64,000 bases of DNA from Eledone cirrhosa (lineage: Eukaryota), in assembly GCA_964016885.1 (NCBI GenBank), contig OZ024740.1, positions 436,852,001 through 436,916,000 of the forward strand. Reading direction: 5' to 3'. Position 1 is the stretch's first letter, and each line of letters begins with the position of its first letter. The notes below the pieces were generated by a model. The model searched no databases. It saw only the letters and a list, made by a program, of their open reading frames with translations, and was not told the DNA's origin. Shown here piece after piece: positions 57,501 to 64,000 of this stretch. Position numbers and translations under genes: made by a program.

Positions 57501-59300
57501 TCACTACATGTCAAACTATTTCTGTGATAATCCCTCAATGTTCATTACATGTCAAGCAATTGCTGTGATAACCTCTCACTGTTCACTACATGTCAAGCAC
57601 TTTCTGTGATAACCTGTCACTGTTCACTACATGTCAAGCTATTTCTGTGATAACCTCTCACTGTTCACTATATGCCAAGCTATTTCTGTGATAATCCCTC
57701 ACTGTTCACTACATGTCAAGCTATTTCTGTGATAACCCCTCACTGTTCTCTACATGTCAAGCTATTTCTGTAATAACCCCTCACTGTTCACTACATGTCA
57801 AGCTATTTCTGTAATAACCACTCACTGTTCACTACAGGTCAAGCTATTTCTGAGATAAACACTCACCGTTCACTACATGTCAAGCTATTTCTGTGATAAT
57901 CCCTCACTGTTCACTACATGTCAAGCTTTTTCTGTGATAACGCCTCACTGTTCACTACATGTCAAGCTATTTCTGTGATAACCCCTCACTGTTCGCTACA
58001 TGTCAAGCTATTTCTGTGATAACCTTTCACTGTTCAATACATGTCAAGCTATTTGTGTGATAACCTCTCACTGTTCACTACATGTCAAGGTATTTCTGTG
58101 ATAACCCCTCACTGTTCACTACATGTCAAGCTATTTCTGTGATAACCCTTCATTGTTCACTATATGTCAAGCTATTTCTGTAATTACCCCTCACTGTTCA
58201 CTACATGTCAAGCTATTTCTGTGATAACCCCTCACTGTTCTCTACATGTCAAGCTATTTCTGTAATAACCCCTCACTGTTCACTACAGGTCAAGCTATTT
58301 CTGTGATAATCCCTCACTGTTCATAACATGTCAAGCTATTTCTGTGATAACCCATCACTGTTCACTACATGTCAACTATTTCTGTGATAATCCCTCACTG
58401 TTCACTACATGTCAAGCTATTTCCGGTGATTGCCCCTCACTGTTCACTATATGTCAAGCTATTTCTGTGATAACCCCTCACTGTTTACTACATGTCAAGC
58501 TATTTCTGTGATAACCCCTCACTGTTCAGTACATATCAAGCTATTTCTGTGATAACCCCTCACTGTTCACTACATGTCAAGCTATTTCTGTGATAACGCC
58601 TCACTGCTCACTACATGTCAAGCTATTTCTGTGATAACCCCTCACAGTTCACTACATTTCAAGCTATTTCTGTGATAACCTCTCACTGTTCACTACATGT
58701 CAAGTTATTTCTGTGATAACCTCTCACTGTTCACTACATGTCAAGCTCTTTCTGTGATAAGCACTCACTGTTCACTACATGTCAAGCTATTTCTGTGATT
58801 ACCCCTCACTGTTCACTACATGTCAAGCAATTTCCGGTGATTACCCCTCACTGTTCACTACATGTCAAGCTATTTCTGTGATAACGCATCACTGTTCACT
58901 ACATGTCACGCTATTTCTGTGATAACCTGTCACTGTTCACTACATGTCAAGCTATTTCTGTGATAACCTCTCACTGTTCACTACATTTCAAGCTATTTCT
59001 GTGATAACCCCTCACTGTTCACTACATGTCACGCTATTTCTGTGATAACCTGTCACTGTTCACTACATGTCAAGCTATTTGTGTGATAACCCCTCACTAT
59101 TCACTACATGTCAAGCTATTTCTGTGATAACCCCTCACTGTTCACTACATGTCAAGCTATTTCTGTGATAAGCCCTCACTGTTCACTACATGTCAAGCTA
59201 TTTCTGTGATAACGCCTCACTGTTCACTACATGTCAAGCTATTTCTGTGATAAGCCCTCACTGTTCACTACATGTCAAGCTATTTCTGTGATAACCCCTC
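48500..59300. repeat. HOR domain C: about 4 tandem copies (last one partial) of a 72-73-monomer unit (2996/2996/2956 bp)
   Basis: The private marker GTTCATAACATG is at 49371, 52367, 55363 and 58319. ORFs 50858/53854 are offset by 2996. ACTGCTCAC, AAGCACTCAC and GTCAACTATTTCTG recur once per unit. Confidence 0.88.
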
Positions 59301-62300
59301 ACAGTTCACTACATGTCAAGCTATTTCTGTGATAACCTCTCACTGTTCACTACATGTCAAGCTATTTCTGTGATAACCTCTCACTGTTCACTACATGTCA
59401 AGCTATTTCTGTGATAAGCCCTCACTGTTCACTTTATGTCAAGCTATTTCTGAGATTACCCCTCACTGTTCACTACATGTCAAGCTATTTCTGTGATAAC
59501 CCCTCACTGTTCACTACATGTCAAGCTATTTCTGTGATTACCCCTCACTGTTCACTACATGTCAAGCTATTTCTGTGATAACCCCTCATTGTTCACTTTA
59601 TGTCAAGCTATTTCTGAGATTACCCCTCACTGTTCACTACATGCCAAACTATTTCTGTGATAATCCCTCAATGTTCATTACATGTCAAGCAATTCCTGTG
59701 ATAACCTCTCACTGTTCACTACATGTCAAGCTATTTCTGTGATAACCTGTCACTGTTCACTACATGTCAAGCTATTTCTGTGATAACCTCTCACTGTTCA
59801 CTACATGTCAAGCTATTTCTGTGATTACGCCTCACTATTCACTACATATCAAACTATTTCTGTGATAACCCCTCACTGTTCACTACATGTCAAGCTATTT
59901 CTGTGATAACCTCTCACTGCTCACTACATGTCAAGCTATTTCTGTAATAACCCCTCACTGTTCACTACATGTCAAACTATTTCTGTGATTCCCCCTCACT
60001 TTTAATTACATGTCAAGCTATTTCTGTGATAACCCCTCAGTGTTCACTACATGTCAAGCTATTTCTGTGATTACCCCTTATTTTTCACTACATGTCAAGC
60101 TATTTCTGTAATTAGCCCTCACTGTTAACTACATGTCAAGCTATTTCTGTGATAACCCCTCACTGTTCCCTACATGTCAAGCTATTTCTGTGATTACCCC
60201 TCACTGTTAACTACATGTCAAGCTATTTCTGTGATTACCCCTCACTGTTCACTACATGTCAAGCTATTTCTGTGATTTCCCCTCACTGTTCACTACATGT
60301 CAAGCTATTTCTGAAATTACACCTCACTGTTCACTACATATCAAGCTATTTCTGTGATAATCCCTCACTGTTCACTACATGTCAAGCTATTTCTATGATA
60401 ACCCCTCACTGTTCACTACATGTCAAGCTATTTCTGTAATTACCCCTCACTGTTCACTACATGTCAAGCTATTTCTGTGATTACCCCTCCCCGTTCACTA
60501 TATGTCAAGCTATTTCTGTGATAACCCCTCACTTTTCACTACATGTCAAGCTATTTCTGTGATTACCCCTCACTTTTCACTACTTGTCAAGCTACTTCTG
60601 TGATAACCCCTCACTGTTAACTACATGTCAAGCTATTTCTGTGATAACCTCTCACTGTTCACTACATGTCAAGCTATTTCTGTGCTAATCCCTCACTGTT
60701 CACTACATGTCAAGCTATTTCTGTGATAACCCATCACTGTTCACTACATGTCAAGCTATTTCTGTGATTACCCCTCACCGTTCACTATATGTCAAGCTAT
60801 TTCTGTGATAACCCCTCACTTTTCACTACATGTCAAGCTATTTCTGTGATTACCCCTCACTTTTCACTACATGTCAAGCTATTTCTGTGATAACCCCTCA
60901 CTGTTCACTACATGTCAAGCTATTTCTGTGATAACCTCTCACTGTTCACTACATGTCAAGCTATTTGTGTGATAACCTCTCACTGTTCACTACATGTCAA
61001 GCTATTTCTGTGATAACCACTCACTGTTCACTACATGTCAAGCTATTTCTGTGACAACCCCTCATTGTTCACTATATGTCAAGCTATTTCTGTGATTACC
61101 CCTCACTGTTCACTACATGTCAAGCTATTTCTGTGATAACCCCTCACTGTTCTCTACATGTCAAGCTATTTCTGTAATAACCCCTCACTGTTCACTACAT
61201 GTCAAGCTATTTCTGTAATAACCACTCACTGTTCACTACAGGTCAAGCTATTTCTGAGATAAACACTCACCGTTCACTACATGTCAAGCTATTTCTGTGA
61301 TAACCCCTCACTGTTCACTAGATGTCAAGCTATTTCTGTAATAACCCCTCACTGTTCACTACATGTCAAGCTATATCTGTGATAACCTCTCACTGTTCAC
61401 TACATGTCAAGCTATTTCTGTGATAACCCCTCACTGTTCACTACATGTCAAGCTATTTCTGTGATAACCCCTCACTGTTCACTACATGTCAAGCTATTTC
61501 TGTAATAACCACTCACTGTTCACTACAGGTCAAGCTATTTCTGAGATAAACACTCACCGTTCACTACATGTCAAGCTATTTCTGTGATAACCCCTCACTG
61601 TTCACTAGATGTCAAGCTATTTCTGTAATAACCCCTCACTGTTCACTACATGTCAAGCTATATCTGTGATAACCTCTCACTGTTCACTACATGTCAAGCT
61701 ATTTCTGTGATAACCCCTCACTGTTCACTACATGTCAAGCTATTTCTGTGATAACCCCTCACTGTTCACTACATGTCAAGCTATTTCTGTGATAACCCCT
61801 CACTGTTCACTACATGTCAAGCTATTTCTGTGCTAATCCCTCACTGTTCACTACATGTCAAGCTATTTCTGTGATAACCCCTCACTGTTCACTACATGTC
61901 AAGCTATTTCTGTGTTAATCCCTGACTGTTCACTACATGTCAAGCTATTTCTGTGATGACCCCTCACTGTTCAATACATGTCAAGCTATTTCCGGTGATT
62001 ACCCCTCACAGTTCACTATATGTCAAGCTATTTCTGTGATAACCCCTCACTGTTCACTACATGTCAAGCTATTTCTGTGATAACCCCTCACTGTTCACTA
62101 CATGTCAAACTATTTCTGTAATAACCCCTCACTGTTCACTACATGTCAAGCTATTTCTGTAATAACCACTCACTGTTCACTACAGGTCATGCTATTTCTG
62201 ATACACCCTCACCGTTCACTACATGTCAAGCTATTTCTGTGGTAACCCCTCACTGTTCACTAGATGTCAAGCTATTTCTGTAATAACCCCTCACTGTTCA

Positions 62301-64000
62301 CTACATGTCAAGCTATTTCTGTGATAACCTCTCACTGTTCACTACATGTCAAGCTACTTCTGTGATAACCTCTCACTGTTCACTACATGTCAAGCTATTT
62401 CTGTGATAACCCCTCACTGTTCACTACATGTCAAGCTATTTCTGTGATAACCCCTCACTGTTCACTACATGTCAAGCTATTTCTGTAATAACCCCTCACT
62501 GTTCACTACATGTCAAGCTATTTCTGTGATAAGCCCTCACTGTTCACTACATATCAAGCTATTTCTGTGATAACCCCTCACTGTTCACTACATGTCAAGC
62601 TATTTCTGTGATTACCCCTCACCGTTCACTATATGTCAAGCTATTTCTGTGATAACCCCTCACTTTTCACTACATGTCAAGCTATTTCTGTGATTACCCC
62701 TCACTTTTCACTACATGTCAAGCTATTTCTGTGATAACCCCTCACTGTTCACTACATGTCAAGCTATTTCTGTGACAACCCCTCATTGTTCACTACATGT
62801 CAAGCTATTTCTGTGATTACCCCTCACTGTTCACTACATGTCAAGCTATTTCTGTGATAACCCCTCACTGTTCTCTACATGTCAAGCTATTTCTGTAATA
62901 ACCCCTCACTGTTCACTACATGTCAAGCTATTTCTGTGATAATCCCTGACTGTTCACTACATGTCAAGCTATTTCTGTGATAACCCCTCACTGTGCACTA
63001 CATGTCAAGCTATTTCTGTGCTAATCCCTCACTGTTCACTACATGTCAAGCTATTTCTGTGATAACCCCTCACTGTTCACTACATGTCAAGCTATTTCTG
63101 TGATAATCCCTGACTGTTCACTACATGTCAAGCTATTTCTATGATAACCCCTCACTGTTCACTACATGTCAAGCTTTTTCTGTAATTACCCCCCATTGTT
63201 CACTACATGTCAAGCTATTTCTGTGATTACCCCTCACCGTTCACTATATGTCAAGCTATTTCTGTGATAACCCCTCACTTTTCACTACATGTCAAGCTAT
63301 TTCTGTGATTACCCCTCACTTTTCACTACATGTCAAGCTATTTCTGTGCTAATCCCTCACTGTTCACTACATGTCAAGCTATTTCTGTGATAACCCCTCA
63401 CTGTTCACTACATGTCAAGCTATGTCTGTGATAATCCCTGACTGTTCACTACATGTCAAGCTATTTCTGTGATGACCCCTCACTGTTCAATACATGTCAA
63501 GCTATTTCCGGTGATTACCCCTCACAGTTCACTATATGTCAAGCTATTTCTGTGATAACCCCTCACTGTTCACTACATGTCAAGCTATTTCTGTGATAAC
63601 CCCTCACTGTTCACTAGATGTCAAGCTATTTCTGTAATAACCCCTCACTGTTCACTACATGTCAAGCTATTTCTGTGATAACCTCTCACTGTTCACTACA
63701 TGTCAAGCTACTTCTGTGATAACCTCTCACTGTTCACTACATGTCAAGCTATTTCTGTGATAACCCCTCACTGTTCACTACATGTCAAGCTATTTCTGTG
63801 ATAACCCCTCACTGTTCACTACATGTCAAGCTATTTCTGTAATAACCCCTCACTGTTCACTACATGTCAAGCTATTTCTGTGATAACCCCTCACTGTTCA
63901 CTACATGTCAAGCTATTTCTGTGATAGCCCCTCACTGTTCACTACATGTCAAGCTATTTCTGTGATTACCCCTCACCGTTCACTATATGTCAAGCTATTT
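59300..64000. repeat. Right irregular segment: more diverged monomers with only short local duplications and shuffled 2-3-monomer cassettes
   Basis: No kb-scale period was seen. Local offsets are 164 bp (ACTTTATG 59431/59595) and 287 bp (CTGAGATAAACACTCACCG 61254/61541). A 39-bp monomer lies at ~62197. Confidence 0.7.

Larger units (their letters stand above)
1..64000. repeat. 41-bp tandem satellite array, ~1,560 head-to-tail copies, consensus CTGTGATAACCCCTCACTGTTCACTACATGTCAAGCTATTT; open at both window ends
   Basis: Directly visible: the same 41-mer recurs in every line, typically with 0-3 substitutions per copy. Occasional 40-bp (GTCAACTATTT, CATGCAAGC) and 42-bp (TTTCCGGTGATT) variants occur. 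Offsets between identical ORFs are multiples of 41 plus or minus a few bp. No spacer or foreign DNA was seen. Confidence 0.99.

Noticed and set aside
1992-60439. The 31 short + strand ORFs (60-89 aa, MSSYFCDNPSLFTTCQAISVITPHCSLHVK-like) as a Cys/His-rich repeat peptide family
   Set aside because: They are the three reading frames of the 41-mer joined together. Because 41 is not a multiple of 3, each frame meets TGA-TAA within three monomers, and ORFs pass the length cut-off only where an indel or stop-removing substitution occurs. There is no codon-level conservation or gene context. They were used only as positional markers.
1-64000. CRISPR array (repeat length in range, weak internal dyad)
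   Set aside because: Monomers abut directly with no unique spacers. The variable 7-nt segment consists of point variants of a single sequence. There is no leader and no cas gene.
1-64000. Transcription-factor motifs in the monomer: TGATAA (GATA), TGTCA (TALE homeodomain), CATG/CAAG p53-like cores, ACATGT palindrome
   Set aside because: Matches of 5-6 bp are expected by chance in a 41-mer, and the p53 RRRCWWGYYY flanks and spacing do not fit. There is no functional evidence from sequence alone.
1-64000. Assignment to known 41-bp avian satellites (chicken CNM/PO41, turkey TM)
   Set aside because: Only the length agrees. CNM-type repeats are characterised by alternating A and T tracts, which this monomer lacks, and I cannot verify sequence similarity without a database search.
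1-64000. Telomeric repeat or G-quadruplex array (TAACCCC resembles a telomeric C-strand unit)
   Set aside because: The motif occurs once per 41 bp, is not tandem, and is the most variable part of the monomer. The G-runs on the minus strand are 37 nt apart and often interrupted.
1-64000. Hidden insertion, transposon, inversion or unique island within the array
   Set aside because: None was seen on reading through. Marker offsets stay in 41-bp register and the ORF track has no minus-strand or non-repeat ORF. A very short insertion could have been missed by eye.
1-64000. Variant order as an encoded message or programmed diversification cassette system
   Set aside because: The variant order is explained by nested tandem duplication of ancestral point mutations. 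No recombinase, reverse transcriptase or expression locus is present in the window.

Overview
The whole 64-kb window is one uninterrupted, head-to-tail, single-orientation tandem array (satellite or large minisatellite DNA) of a 41-bp monomer. The consensus is CTGTGATAACCCCTCACTGTTCACTACATGTCAAGCTATTT (17/41 G+C, no CpG), with about 1,560 copies (64,000/41). The array runs off both ends of the window. I see no gene, RNA gene, transposon, CRISPR spacer, inversion or unique sequence. All listed ORFs are by-products of the repeat, arising where a 1-bp indel or a substitution lets a frame skip the TGA-TAA present in each monomer. The information in the window lies in the order of variant monomers, which defines layered higher-order repeats (HORs): an irregular left edge (1 to ~1.35 kb); domain A (~1.35-35.2 kb, full periods of 53-60 monomers plus shorter 31-38-monomer periods, nested in 6.9-, 5.2-5.5- and 2.2-kb duplications); domain B (~35.2-48.5 kb, a 17-mer nested in 2.6- and 7.07-kb duplications); domain C (~48.5-59.3 kb, about four copies of a 72-73-mer of ~3.0 kb); and an irregular, more diverged right edge (~59.3-64 kb). 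The architecture suggests eukaryotic heterochromatic satellite DNA, but I cannot assign the organism or a named family. I found no evidence for a new protein- or RNA-based system. Periods were derived by hand from marker variants and ORF-track offsets, and domain boundaries are approximate to a few monomers.
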